This document shows positions 39,211-48,599 of a stretch of DNA of 64,000 nucleotides, one piece after another. A program made the position numbers and the translations under genes. Origin of the DNA: Rikenellaceae bacterium (GTDB lineage: Bacteria; Bacteroidota; Bacteroidia; Bacteroidales; Rikenellaceae). How positions within the stretch are numbered: position 1 is the stretch's first letter; each line of letters begins with the position of its first letter. The stretch is taken from positions 38,005 through 102,004 of the forward strand of contig JBCQUJ010000003.1 of NCBI GenBank assembly GCA_047174045.1, given 5' to 3'. The notes under the pieces are model-generated. The model searched no databases and was not told the origin of the DNA. It saw nothing but the letters and a program-made list of their open reading frames with translations.

Positions 39211-39885
39211 CTATTTTACATTACTATAATCTCGCGCTCCGAAGATCAACGATCCTACGCGAACACTCGTTGAACCACACTCAACCGCCATCAAGTAGTC
39301 GTGTGACATACCCATTGACAATGTATCGAAATCGCTACCAGCAAAATATTGCGACAACTCATTTTTATACTGCACAAGGCGCTCAAAATCGCCCCTTACG
39401 ACACTCTCATCATCTGTATTCGAAGCGATGCACATCAAACCTCTAACACGAACGTGTGGCATAGCGTCAAACGCACCACCCTTAACATACTCCAAAAGCT
39501 CGCTATAGTCCCAACCTGTCTTTGACTCCTCGCGCGCAACATGGACCTCCAAAAGGCAATCGACAACCCTATCTACCCTAGCCGCCTCAACCTCAATCAT
39601 CTCGCACAAACGCGCAGAATCAACCGACTCGATCATAGTAACAAAAGGCATAATTGAGCGAACCTTGTTGCGTTGAAGATGCCCAATCATGTGCCACTCG
39701 ATATCCTTAGGTAAACTCTCCCACTTCGCTACAAGCTCCTGAGGGCGTGACTCGCCAAATTTGCGCTGACCAGTCAAATAAGCCTCCTCGATAGCGGAGT
39801 TTGGATAGGTTTTTGATACAGCTACCAACTGCGCGCGACCACCCAAAGATACGGCGACACTTTCCAACTGAGATGTTATAGACAT
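39211..39885 (-). CDS. yggS: PLP homeostasis protein YggS
   Basis: VAVSKT, FGESRPQE, WHMIGHLQRNKV, LSMGMS.DY, VRVGSLIFG. Confidence 0.95.
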   Translation of the reverse strand: MSITSQLESVAVSLGGRAQLVAVSKTYPNSAIEEAYLTGQRKFGESRPQELVAKWESLPKDIEWHMIGHLQRNKVRSIMPFVTMIESVDSARLCEMIEVEAARVDRVVDCLLEVHVAREESKTGWDYSELLEYVKGGAFDAMPHVRVRGLMCIASNTDDESVVRGDFERLVQYKNELSQYFAGSDFDTLSMGMSHDYLMAVECGSTSVRVGSLIFGARDYSNVK

Positions 39886-39975
39886 TGACTCTTTAATTTA
39901 TAATTGAACCTGAAATTACCAGAAAACAAAGGTAGGCAAAAATATTACATTTATAAAGAAGAAAGGCAACAAACA

Positions 39976-40206
39976 ATGGCAAACAACAAGAGAACAATCG
40001 CCATAGATACGCAGCGCTGTAGCGGCTGCGAAGTCTGCATTGCGGCGTGCCCAGCAAAGGTATTGACACTATCGGCGGATCTGAACACGAGAGGCTACCC
40101 ATACGCTATGATGGATAGCGACGGCGAAAGACGATGTACGTGTTGCGACAGATGCAGCGTGGTGTGTCCTGACGGCTGCATCACAATATACAAAAGCTTG
40201 AATTAA
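39976..40206 (+). CDS. 2x[4Fe-4S] ferredoxin (2-oxoacid oxidoreductase delta-subunit-like)
   Basis: CSGCEVC...CP and CTCCDRC...CPD; start at ATG 39976. Confidence 0.88.
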   Translation: MANNKRTIAIDTQRCSGCEVCIAACPAKVLTLSADLNTRGYPYAMMDSDGERRCTCCDRCSVVCPDGCITIYKSLN

Positions 40207-40243
40207 CATTTGAATTAACGTTTGATTTAAACTTCAATTGAAG
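40198..40243. repeat. Three 12-bp direct repeats plus a palindrome upstream of the OM barrel gene
   Basis: TTGAATTAACAT TTGAATTAACGT TTGATTTAAACT, then CTTCAATTGAAG. Confidence 0.8.
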
Positions 40244-40359
40244 CTACAACCCAGGACCTTACGCACCCAATAGATTTTGGGAAAGTTATTTTTTTGCAAT
40301 CACTTTTTAACTTTCATATATATAATGTATCTAAGCTACCAAAGAGATTGCATAAAATT

Positions 40360-43300
40360 ATGAAAAGAGGGACAAAAGGGACAACAGCACTCACGCTAAT
40401 AACAATAGCATTGCTGACATTTGCAACACAACTACCTGCTCAAACATCTTACGCCGAATTAGCCGAGAGATTACTCGCTGAGGCTATGCGACAAGATTCA
40501 ATAGAGCAGGCAAAAGTTGCAGCAGAGGCTGAAGCAGCGACTAACACTATCGAGGTAGTTGAAGCTCCAACAGAGGCTTCAACTGAAGTTGAACCAAAAC
40601 AAGTTGCAGCCCCTACGGTAAATGCAGACTCTATTCGTGCAAATAGACCTGCACGCCCAGAGGGTGCAAATGGCGAGCGCCCTCAACGACCTGAAGGCGC
40701 AAACGGAGAGCATCCTGCTCGCCCGGAGGGTTCAAACGGAGAGCGCCCTCAACGTCCTCAATCACAACAACCTACACAGACACAAGCGCAAACGCCACAG
40801 CAATCTTCAGCAATAAGCGCTACACAAGCTAAAGCAGTTGACAGAAATGCCGACACATACGACCCAACGACATTTGACACAGAGTTCGAGCAGATTCGCG
40901 TAAGAACAACACGCGCAACGCAAAAAGGCGACAGCCTTGTATACAACGCCTCTGCCTTCAAGGTGATGGAGGGAAGCTCTGCAGAAGATCTGCTAGCAAA
41001 GATGCCAGGTATAGTTGTTGAAGGTGGCGAAATACAGGCGCAAGGCGAAAGCGTGCGAAAAGTGCTTGTAGATGGAAAAGAGTTCTTCGATGGCGACGTA
41101 AACCTCGCAATACGATCTCTACCCTCAGACGTAATCTCAAGCATCGAAGTATTTGATAGACAGAGTGATCAAGCGCAATTCACCGGATTTGATGACGGAG
41201 AACAGGTAAAAACAATCAACATCGTAACAAAAGGTGGATTCAAGAGAGGTACATTTGGCGAAGCATACGTCGGCGCAGGTGTATCGTTTGATGATTCGTC
41301 CGACTACAAATACAAAGCAGGAGGAAACATAAACCTATTTGACGGCGATCGCAGATTATCGATCCTCGGACTAAGCAACAACATAAACCAACAGAACTTC
41401 TCGCAAGAAGACTTAGCTGGAGTAATGTCATCGAGCAGCAGCGGACGTGGCGGTCGCGGCAGCGGAGGAGGACCAGGAGGCCCTGGAGGCAGTGGATCAT
41501 CGAGCGACAACTTCATGGTAGGAAGCACAAGTGGTATAACAAAAAGTAACGCGATAGGTCTAAACTACTCTAACAAATTTGGAGAGAAACTAACCGTACA
41601 AGGTAGCTACTTCTTCAACAACTCAAACACGTCAACGTTAGCCGATGAGGTGCGAGAATATTTCGAAAGCTCGCTGCCAGGAGTAACATATCTGCAAGAT
41701 AAGCAGACAGAGATGACAAACTTCAACCACCGTCTAAGCTCGCGCATAGAATGGGTGCTAAACCCAAACAACACAATCATGATTGCGCCGAAATTTAGTA
41801 TTCAGACAAACAAAAGCCACTCGATAACAGATGCAGCGAACTACTACTACGGCGATCTGCAAGATACATACTACAGCGATAGCGACTCGAAAACTATGGC
41901 ATACAACTTCAGCACAGATGTGACATGGAGACATAGACTAAAGAAAGCAGGACGAACACTCTCTATATCAACAACACTAGGACTATCGAACACAACAGGC
42001 GAAACAAACTCGCTATATCAAAGTATAACAGGCATAAACTCAACCGACACATCAACAGAGAGCGACACAGACGAAGATGAGTACACAAACCAACTGCGCG
42101 ACACATACAAGAAGCAATTCACAGGGCGACTAAATGTAATGTACACAGAAAGCCTGCATAAAAACCTGCAACTTTCGGCAGCATACAAACTGTCGTACTC
42201 AAACACGAAATCGCTTCGCGAGGTATACGACAAAGATCCGAACTACGATCTATATGAGCAGTTGGCAGCAGATCCTGTCCTAGATGAATCGCTATCGAAC
42301 AACTACACATCGGATTACCTAACGCAATCGGGAGGTTTAGCACTGCGATTCAACAAAGGAAAACTGAACGCAACAGTTGGTGGAGATGTGCAATACGCAA
42401 TGTTGGACGGAGTTCAGACATACCCAACAGAGGCTAAGATAGATCACAACTACCTATCGTTCCTACCTTCGGCAATGGTGCGCTACTCGGTTGATCGCAG
42501 CAACTCGTTCCAACTACGTTACAGATCTAGCTCATCGGCTCCTTCGATAACAGAGCTGCAAGATGTAATAGACAACACAAACGAACTATACCTAACGAGC
42601 GGAAACCCAGAGCTGAACCAACAGATAAATCACACCGCAAGTTTGAGATATATACGCACAACAAACAAAGGAACAAGCATCATAGTTATGGCAGGTGCAA
42701 CAGTGCGTCAAGACTACGTAGCAGATAGTACATACGTAGCAACAACAGCAACGACACTTCCAAATGGAATGACACTAGCAGAAGGTGCGCAAATAACAAC
42801 ACCCGTGAATATGGATGGGTACTACTCGCTGCAAGGTATGCTAACATACGGATTCCCAATCGACTTCCTACGAAGCAACGTAAACATGAGTATGACAGCA
42901 AACTACACAAATACACCAACGATATTTGACGAAGTGAGCAGCTTCACGCGCGACATAAGCCTGACACCAAAAGTGATAATAGGAAGTAACATCAGCGAGA
43001 AACTAGACTTCACAGTGACATACTCAGCAGGAATGAACTACGCACTAAGTAGCGACTCAGACTCAAGCGACGGAAACTATATGCTACACTCAGCATCGGC
43101 AAAAATCGGTTGGACATTCTGGAAAGGTATGACACTACGCTCAACATTGAGTTACATTGCATATACGGGACTAGACCTAGAGGATCCCGACTACATGCTA
43201 TGGAACGTATCGCTAGGAAAAAAGCTATGCAAGAAGGATCGCGGAGAGCTGAAAATTGAGGCTTACGACATACTAAACCAGAATCAAGCCATAAGTCGCA

Positions 43301-43386
43301 CAGTAGGCAGTAACTACTATAGCACGACAACAAGCAACGTTCTATCTCCCTACGTAATGGTGACGTTCCAATATATGTTCCGATAA
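40360..43386 (+). CDS. TonB-dependent-like outer-membrane beta-barrel protein
   Basis: Signal peptide; GDSLVYNASAF, EDLLAKMPG, VDGKEFF, GNPEL, DILNQN; C-terminal beta strand. Confidence 0.85.
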   Translation: MKRGTKGTTALTLITIALLTFATQLPAQTSYAELAERLLAEAMRQDSIEQAKVAAEAEAATNTIEVVEAPTEASTEVEPKQVAAPTVNADSIRANRPARPEGANGERPQRPEGANGEHPARPEGSNGERPQRPQSQQPTQTQAQTPQQSSAISATQAKAVDRNADTYDPTTFDTEFEQIRVRTTRATQKGDSLVYNASAFKVMEGSSAEDLLAKMPGIVVEGGEIQAQGESVRKVLVDGKEFFDGDVNLAIRSLPSDVISSIEVFDRQSDQAQFTGFDDGEQVKTINIVTKGGFKRGTFGEAYVGAGVSFDDSSDYKYKAGGNINLFDGDRRLSILGLSNNINQQNFSQEDLAGVMSSSSSGRGGRGSGGGPGGPGGSGSSSDNFMVGSTSGITKSNAIGLNYSNKFGEKLTVQGSYFFNNSNTSTLADEVREYFESSLPGVTYLQDKQTEMTNFNHRLSSRIEWVLNPNNTIMIAPKFSIQTNKSHSITDAANYYYGDLQDTYYSDSDSKTMAYNFSTDVTWRHRLKKAGRTLSISTTLGLSNTTGETNSLYQSITGINSTDTSTESDTDEDEYTNQLRDTYKKQFTGRLNVMYTESLHKNLQLSAAYKLSYSNTKSLREVYDKDPNYDLYEQLAADPVLDESLSNNYTSDYLTQSGGLALRFNKGKLNATVGGDVQYAMLDGVQTYPTEAKIDHNYLSFLPSAMVRYSVDRSNSFQLRYRSSSSAPSITELQDVIDNTNELYLTSGNPELNQQINHTASLRYIRTTNKGTSIIVMAGATVRQDYVADSTYVATTATTLPNGMTLAEGAQITTPVNMDGYYSLQGMLTYGFPIDFLRSNVNMSMTANYTNTPTIFDEVSSFTRDISLTPKVIIGSNISEKLDFTVTYSAGMNYALSSDSDSSDGNYMLHSASAKIGWTFWKGMTLRSTLSYIAYTGLDLEDPDYMLWNVSLGKKLCKKDRGELKIEAYDILNQNQAISRTVGSNYYSTTTSNVLSPYVMVTFQYMFR

Positions 43387-43415
43387 TTCTTCCAATAATT
43401 TGCTATATTTGCAGC

Positions 43416-45044
43416 ATGGAAAGTGTTGCACTGGAGAATCTGAGGATAAAGATGAATGAGGGTGGCCGAAAAGGTCACCCCTTCATTTTTTGTGTCGACT
43501 ATGAACTTAATGAGGCAATATTCATTGAGAATCCGATGGAGTGCAACGAAATAATGTTCGACATAAATGGTGTTGGCAACTTTTGCAAAAGTGCTGAAAG
43601 GGTAATTCAAACGCCAAAAATCGAAGCTTCGCCAATACCATTTGAAGAGTATGAGCGAAAATTTGAGATCATAGAAAAGGCTCTAAAACATGGCAACAGC
43701 TTCCTTGCAAATCTGACAGTTGCAACACCAATAAAGTGCAACCTAACACTCGAAGAGATTGCACAAATAAGCGAAGCTAAATATAAAATATACATTCCAA
43801 ATAGATTCTGCTGCTTCTCGCCAGAGCCATTCGTGACAATATCACCACAAGGGACAATTCGATCATTCCCAATGAAGGGGACAATAGATGCTACACTACC
43901 CAACGCTGAACAGGTGCTGATCAACGACCAAAAGGAGTTGCAAGAACACAACACAATAGTAGACCTGATTCGCAACGACCTGAGTCGTGTAGCGAAAAAT
44001 GTACGCGTAGAGAGATTTAGATATATAGAGCGCATTGAGAGTAACAATGGGGCGATACTGCAAGCTAGTAGCGAAATTGCGGCGGAATTAGCATCTAAAT
44101 ACAAGGAGCACAGAGGGCACATTGGAGATATAATTCTGGAATTACTACCTGCAGGAAGCATAAGTGGTGCGCCAAAGCAATCGACAATAAAAGCAATCGA
44201 AGAGGCTGAACAAGAGCCGAGAGGATTCTACACCGGAGTATTTGGATATTTCGATGGGGAGAAGCTAGATAGCTCCGTAATGATTCGATACATTGAGCAA
44301 CAAGAGTGCGGAACACTACGATTTAGAAGCGGAGGAGGAGTAACTGCAAACTCAAATTGCAGAAAAGAGTATGACGAGATGTTGAAGAAGATATATATTC
44401 CAACGGCACAACACCAACAGAAGAGAGCGAGCGAATGTTTTATCGAAACGATAAAGATTGTTTATGGAGCACTGCAACTTGAAGAGTTGCACCAACTTCG
44501 CGCAGAACAAACCGCGAAAGCACACACATTTACTACGCTGCAAATTGATTTCAGAGAGATAGAACGAAACAACCCACACAAAAATGGAGTTACAAAATGT
44601 CGCGTCATCTACAATGCTGATGGAGTTTGTGAAACAACATACGAGCAATACAAAATACGCAAGATTGAACGACTAAAGGTTGTAGACATCAACACTCCAG
44701 ATCATTTCATCGACTACAAATACAAAAAACTCGACAGGTCGCAACTCGACAAATTGCGCAAAAGCGTTGGTGCTGAGCCAAACGAAGAGTTGATAATATG
44801 TCACAACGCAAAGGTTTGCGACACATCATACTCAAACCTTGCATTCGAGAAAGATGGTGCGCTATACACCCCTACAACGCACCTTCTGAATGGAGTAAAG
44901 CGACAATCTATGATAAACAACGGAACGTTAATCGAACGAGAAATCACAATCGAAGATATAAAGAGTTACGACCGCGTATTAATGATAAATGCGATGCTCG
45001 AACCACTCGACATCGCACTACCTATATCAGACATAGTATATTAA
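43416..45044 (+). CDS. pabB: Aminodeoxychorismate synthase component I fused to ADC lyase (PabB-PabC)
   Basis: FSPEPF, PMKGT, IVDLIRNDL, PAGSISGAPK, SGGGVT; C-terminal class IV aminotransferase-like part (ETIK, DYKYK, DTSYSN, LLNGVKR). Confidence 0.88.
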   Translation: MESVALENLRIKMNEGGRKGHPFIFCVDYELNEAIFIENPMECNEIMFDINGVGNFCKSAERVIQTPKIEASPIPFEEYERKFEIIEKALKHGNSFLANLTVATPIKCNLTLEEIAQISEAKYKIYIPNRFCCFSPEPFVTISPQGTIRSFPMKGTIDATLPNAEQVLINDQKELQEHNTIVDLIRNDLSRVAKNVRVERFRYIERIESNNGAILQASSEIAAELASKYKEHRGHIGDIILELLPAGSISGAPKQSTIKAIEEAEQEPRGFYTGVFGYFDGEKLDSSVMIRYIEQQECGTLRFRSGGGVTANSNCRKEYDEMLKKIYIPTAQHQQKRASECFIETIKIVYGALQLEELHQLRAEQTAKAHTFTTLQIDFREIERNNPHKNGVTKCRVIYNADGVCETTYEQYKIRKIERLKVVDINTPDHFIDYKYKKLDRSQLDKLRKSVGAEPNEELIICHNAKVCDTSYSNLAFEKDGALYTPTTHLLNGVKRQSMINNGTLIEREITIEDIKSYDRVLMINAMLEPLDIALPISDIVY

Positions 45045-45053
45045 TTATATATA

Positions 45054-46301
45054 CTAATAACGTGACTTATTGTTGCGGAAGTTTCCGCTCTTAGGTCCTT
45101 TACCACCTCTGTGGAACCCTTCAGGAGATGACATCATTGGGTTGTATTGCGGCGCAGCACCCAAATCTGTAGGCAAATCGCGTTTACGAACCTCCCTCTC
45201 CAAGAAATCCTCAATGCGCTTAAACCTCGCTTGATCACGCTCATTAACAAACGTTATAGCTTGACCTGAAGCACTAGCGCGACCAGTGCGGCCAATACGG
45301 TGGATATAATCCTCCGCATCGTTTGGAACATCATAATTAACAACCGTAACAATATCATCGATATCAATACCACGAGCAACGATATCCGTAGCTACCAAAA
45401 TGTCGATCTTCCCACTCTTGAAATCTAGCATAACCTCCTCGCGCTGCGCCTGATCTAAATCTGAGTGCATACCAACAGCATTAAGCTTCATCTTCTTGAA
45501 CTCAAAGACCAACTCCTTAACCTTCAATCGAGATGAAGAGAAGATCAATGTCTTCTCAACATCATCAACATCAAATAACTTCTGAATAAGAGGGAGCTTC
45601 TGAGTTTCATACAAAACAAAGGCACTCTGGTCGATAGACTCATTTGGCTTCGAAGCAGAGATAATAACCTCCGTTGGGTTATACAAAAGCTGATCTGCCA
45701 TCTTGCGAATCTTTGGAGGCAACGTAGCAGAAAAAAGCACCGTCTGACGTTTCAACGGAAGATAGCTAACAACCTTCATAATATCCTCATAGAAACCCAT
45801 CTGCAACATACGATCTGCCTCATCAAGAACAAAGTGCTTAACGCCAGACAAATCGACAAAACCACTCTCAAGGTGCGCTAAAAGTCGCCCCGGAGTAGCA
45901 ACAACAATATCGACACCACTCTCCAAGCTATGACGTTGAGCCGCCCAAGCCTTGCCATCACCTCCACCAAAGATAACCGATGTAGATATATCTGTATAGT
46001 ATGAAAAGCCCTGGATCTGACCATCGATCTGCGTTGCCAACTCGCGAGTCGGACACATTATAACAGCCTTAATCTTATCCTCTGAATATTTGCCACTAGC
46101 CTTGCCCTTATGCAACATATCCAACAAAGGGAGTGAAAACGCTGCAGTTTTGCCAGTACCAGTCTGCGCACACCCAACCAAATCGTCACCACGCAACAAA
46201 ACTGGCATCGTCTGCTCCTGAACAGGAGTCATATCGCCATAACCCATCTGCTCAACAGCATCCAAAATATCGTAGTCTAACTCAAAATCATCAAAACGCA
46301 T
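45054..46301 (-). CDS. DEAD-box RNA helicase
   Basis: AQTGTGKT, PTRELA, TPGR, DEAD, SAT, HRIGRTGR. Confidence 0.96.
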   Translation of the reverse strand: MRFDDFELDYDILDAVEQMGYGDMTPVQEQTMPVLLRGDDLVGCAQTGTGKTAAFSLPLLDMLHKGKASGKYSEDKIKAVIMCPTRELATQIDGQIQGFSYYTDISTSVIFGGGDGKAWAAQRHSLESGVDIVVATPGRLLAHLESGFVDLSGVKHFVLDEADRMLQMGFYEDIMKVVSYLPLKRQTVLFSATLPPKIRKMADQLLYNPTEVIISASKPNESIDQSAFVLYETQKLPLIQKLFDVDDVEKTLIFSSSRLKVKELVFEFKKMKLNAVGMHSDLDQAQREEVMLDFKSGKIDILVATDIVARGIDIDDIVTVVNYDVPNDAEDYIHRIGRTGRASASGQAITFVNERDQARFKRIEDFLEREVRKRDLPTDLGAAPQYNPMMSSPEGFHRGGKGPKSGNFRNNKSRY

Positions 46302-46316
46302 ACGCTTTTCTCCTTT

Positions 46317-47723
46317 CTATTTTTCCGAATCCTTTACCAACTCCCCGATCAAAGTTGCCGAAGAACTCTTTATAATCTTAACCATAACGTAATCCCCAAC
46401 AGAACAATCCTCCCTATCGAAAACCACAACCTTGCTATGTGTAGTCCTGCCGTGCATCTGCTCCGCACTCTTCTTAGACTCACCCTCAACAAGAACCTCA
46501 TAAACACCACCGACATAACGCTTATTGCACTCAGCAGACATCTCACGTTGCAAGGTGATAATCTCTGTCAAACGCTCAACCTTAACCTTGTCGTCAATAT
46601 CGTCAACCAAATTCTTATGCGCAAACGTCCCCTCACGCTCCGAATATTTATACATAAATGCTGAGTCATAAAAAACCTCACGCATAAGCGACAACGTATC
46701 GGCATGCTCCTGCTCCGTCTCACCAGAAAAACCTGCTATAATATCTGTCGTAATGGCACAATCAGGCAAATAGCGCTTAATAGCAGCAATGCGATCAAGG
46801 TACCACTCACGCGTATAGCTTCTATTCATCTTCTTCAACATCGAAGTAGAACCAGATTGCGCAGGCAAGTGAATAGCACGACAGATATTAGGTCTATCTA
46901 CCATAACCTCCAACAAAGCATCGCTAAGATCCTTAGGGTGTGACGTAGAGAAGCGAACCCTCAAAAGCGGTGACAAATCCGCCACCGCAGCCATCAACTG
47001 CGGGAAATCATAACCATCACTGCTATATGAATTTACATTCTGACCAAGCAACGTAACCTCGCGATATCCATTATCAAACAACTCCTTAACCTCGCGCAAA
47101 ATAGTCGCTGCATCGCGACTACGCTCGCGCCCCCTCGTATAAGGCACAACACAATATGAGCAGAAATTGTTACACCCACGCATAATAGCCACAAAAGCGC
47201 TGACGCCACTCTTGTCCAACCTAACAGGTGACAACTCAGCGTAAGTCTCATCGATAGATAACTGCGTATTGGTCCCGCGAATGCCTAGCTCCGCATCACG
47301 CAACAGCTCAGGCAAAGCCCTATAAGAATCAGGTCCAGCAACAACATCGACACCATCAACACCCTCAAGCAAAGACTCCTTCAAACGCTCCGCCATACAA
47401 CCCAATATGCCGATTATCAACCTCTTATTAGCTCTGCGCAATGGACGCATCTCACGCAAACGACCCCAGATGCGAACCTCCGCATTGTCGCGAATAGAAC
47501 ATGTATTTATCAAGATAACATCGGCACTCTTAATATCATCGCAGTAGACATAGCCCTCCTTCTGCAACAAAGAGACAACAACCTCACTGTCGCCCGTATT
47601 CATCTGACACCCATAGGTCTCGATAAAAAGACGGCGCCCAGCCCCACTTTCCGCGACGATAGGACGCAAGGTGTTAACCCTAACGCTGCCGCCAATATCA
47701 CTCTTAAAAATTAACTTATCCAC
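46317..47723 (-). CDS. miaB: tRNA-2-methylthio-N6-dimethylallyladenosine synthase
   Basis: TYGCQMN, NTCSIR, GCMA, CNNFCSYC radical-SAM motif, TRAM domain; start placed at GTG 47723. Confidence 0.95.
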   Translation of the reverse strand: MDKLIFKSDIGGSVRVNTLRPIVAESGAGRRLFIETYGCQMNTGDSEVVVSLLQKEGYVYCDDIKSADVILINTCSIRDNAEVRIWGRLREMRPLRRANKRLIIGILGCMAERLKESLLEGVDGVDVVAGPDSYRALPELLRDAELGIRGTNTQLSIDETYAELSPVRLDKSGVSAFVAIMRGCNNFCSYCVVPYTRGRERSRDAATILREVKELFDNGYREVTLLGQNVNSYSSDGYDFPQLMAAVADLSPLLRVRFSTSHPKDLSDALLEVMVDRPNICRAIHLPAQSGSTSMLKKMNRSYTREWYLDRIAAIKRYLPDCAITTDIIAGFSGETEQEHADTLSLMREVFYDSAFMYKYSEREGTFAHKNLVDDIDDKVKVERLTEIITLQREMSAECNKRYVGGVYEVLVEGESKKSAEQMHGRTTHSKVVVFDREDCSVGDYVMVKIIKSSSATLIGELVKDSEK

Positions 47724-47851
47724 ACTACAAAGATAGGGGCTTTTTATCAATTTTGCAATAGAGCAAAAACAACAAAAGGTGCGTTTTGTGGTAAAAGTTA
47801 CACTTTTTTTGTTACCTTTGTCGCATAAACCAATAAAAAGAGGCTACAAAC

Positions 47852-48502
47852 ATGGCTGTAACATACTACATAGTCACAACACTAATTCTGATTGCATATC
47901 TGCTTGGCTCTATACCTAGCGCCGTAATGATCGGTAAAAGATTTTTCGGAATAGATATTCGCGAACATGGAAGCAAAAATGCAGGTTCAACAAACGTACT
48001 GCGCGTTTTAGGACGCCGCGCAGCGATACCTGTATTTGTGATAGATTTCTGCAAAGGATTGTTCGCAGTACTGCTAGTTGGAGTGCTGAATCAAGATCCG
48101 AACTTCACGGCAGAAGGAATTATAAACCTACGTATATTCATAGTGTTTGCAGTTGTTCTAGGACACATATTTCCAATATTCGCTGACTTCAGGGGCGGAA
48201 AAGGTGTTGCGACACTCGTAGGTGCGCTGATGGGCATAAACCCACCCGTAATGCTTATATGTCTAGCAATATGGTTCATAACACTTGTGGCATTTCACTA
48301 CGTATCGGTAGCATCGATGACAGGCGGAGTATGCTTCCCTATCGTTGTTTTGATATATCCTGGTGCAAAAGAGTCGCTCCTATATATAATATTCTCATTC
48401 GTTGTGGCTGGATTGCTAATCCTAACACACCGTAAAAATATCGAACGACTGCGAAATGGTGAAGAGTCGAAGATATATGTTTTTGGGAACAAAGAGCAAT
48501 AA
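47852..48502 (+). CDS. plsY: Glycerol-3-phosphate acyltransferase
   Basis: YLLGSIP, DIREHGSKNAGSTN, GHIFP..F.GGKGVAT, HRKNI.RL. Confidence 0.95.
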   Translation: MAVTYYIVTTLILIAYLLGSIPSAVMIGKRFFGIDIREHGSKNAGSTNVLRVLGRRAAIPVFVIDFCKGLFAVLLVGVLNQDPNFTAEGIINLRIFIVFAVVLGHIFPIFADFRGGKGVATLVGALMGINPPVMLICLAIWFITLVAFHYVSVASMTGGVCFPIVVLIYPGAKESLLYIIFSFVVAGLLILTHRKNIERLRNGEESKIYVFGNKEQ

Positions 48503-48599
48503 AGAGCCGATAAAGAAGTTTAACTAAGTAAGTGGGAGGTTAAGTAAGCGGAAGGCTTCTAACTCCCCCACTATACCAAATACAAAAAACAACCATACG

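Noticed and set aside
41430-41505. Gly/Ser-rich low-complexity stretch in the OM barrel gene
   Set aside because: A Gly-rich loop at this position is common in this protein family.
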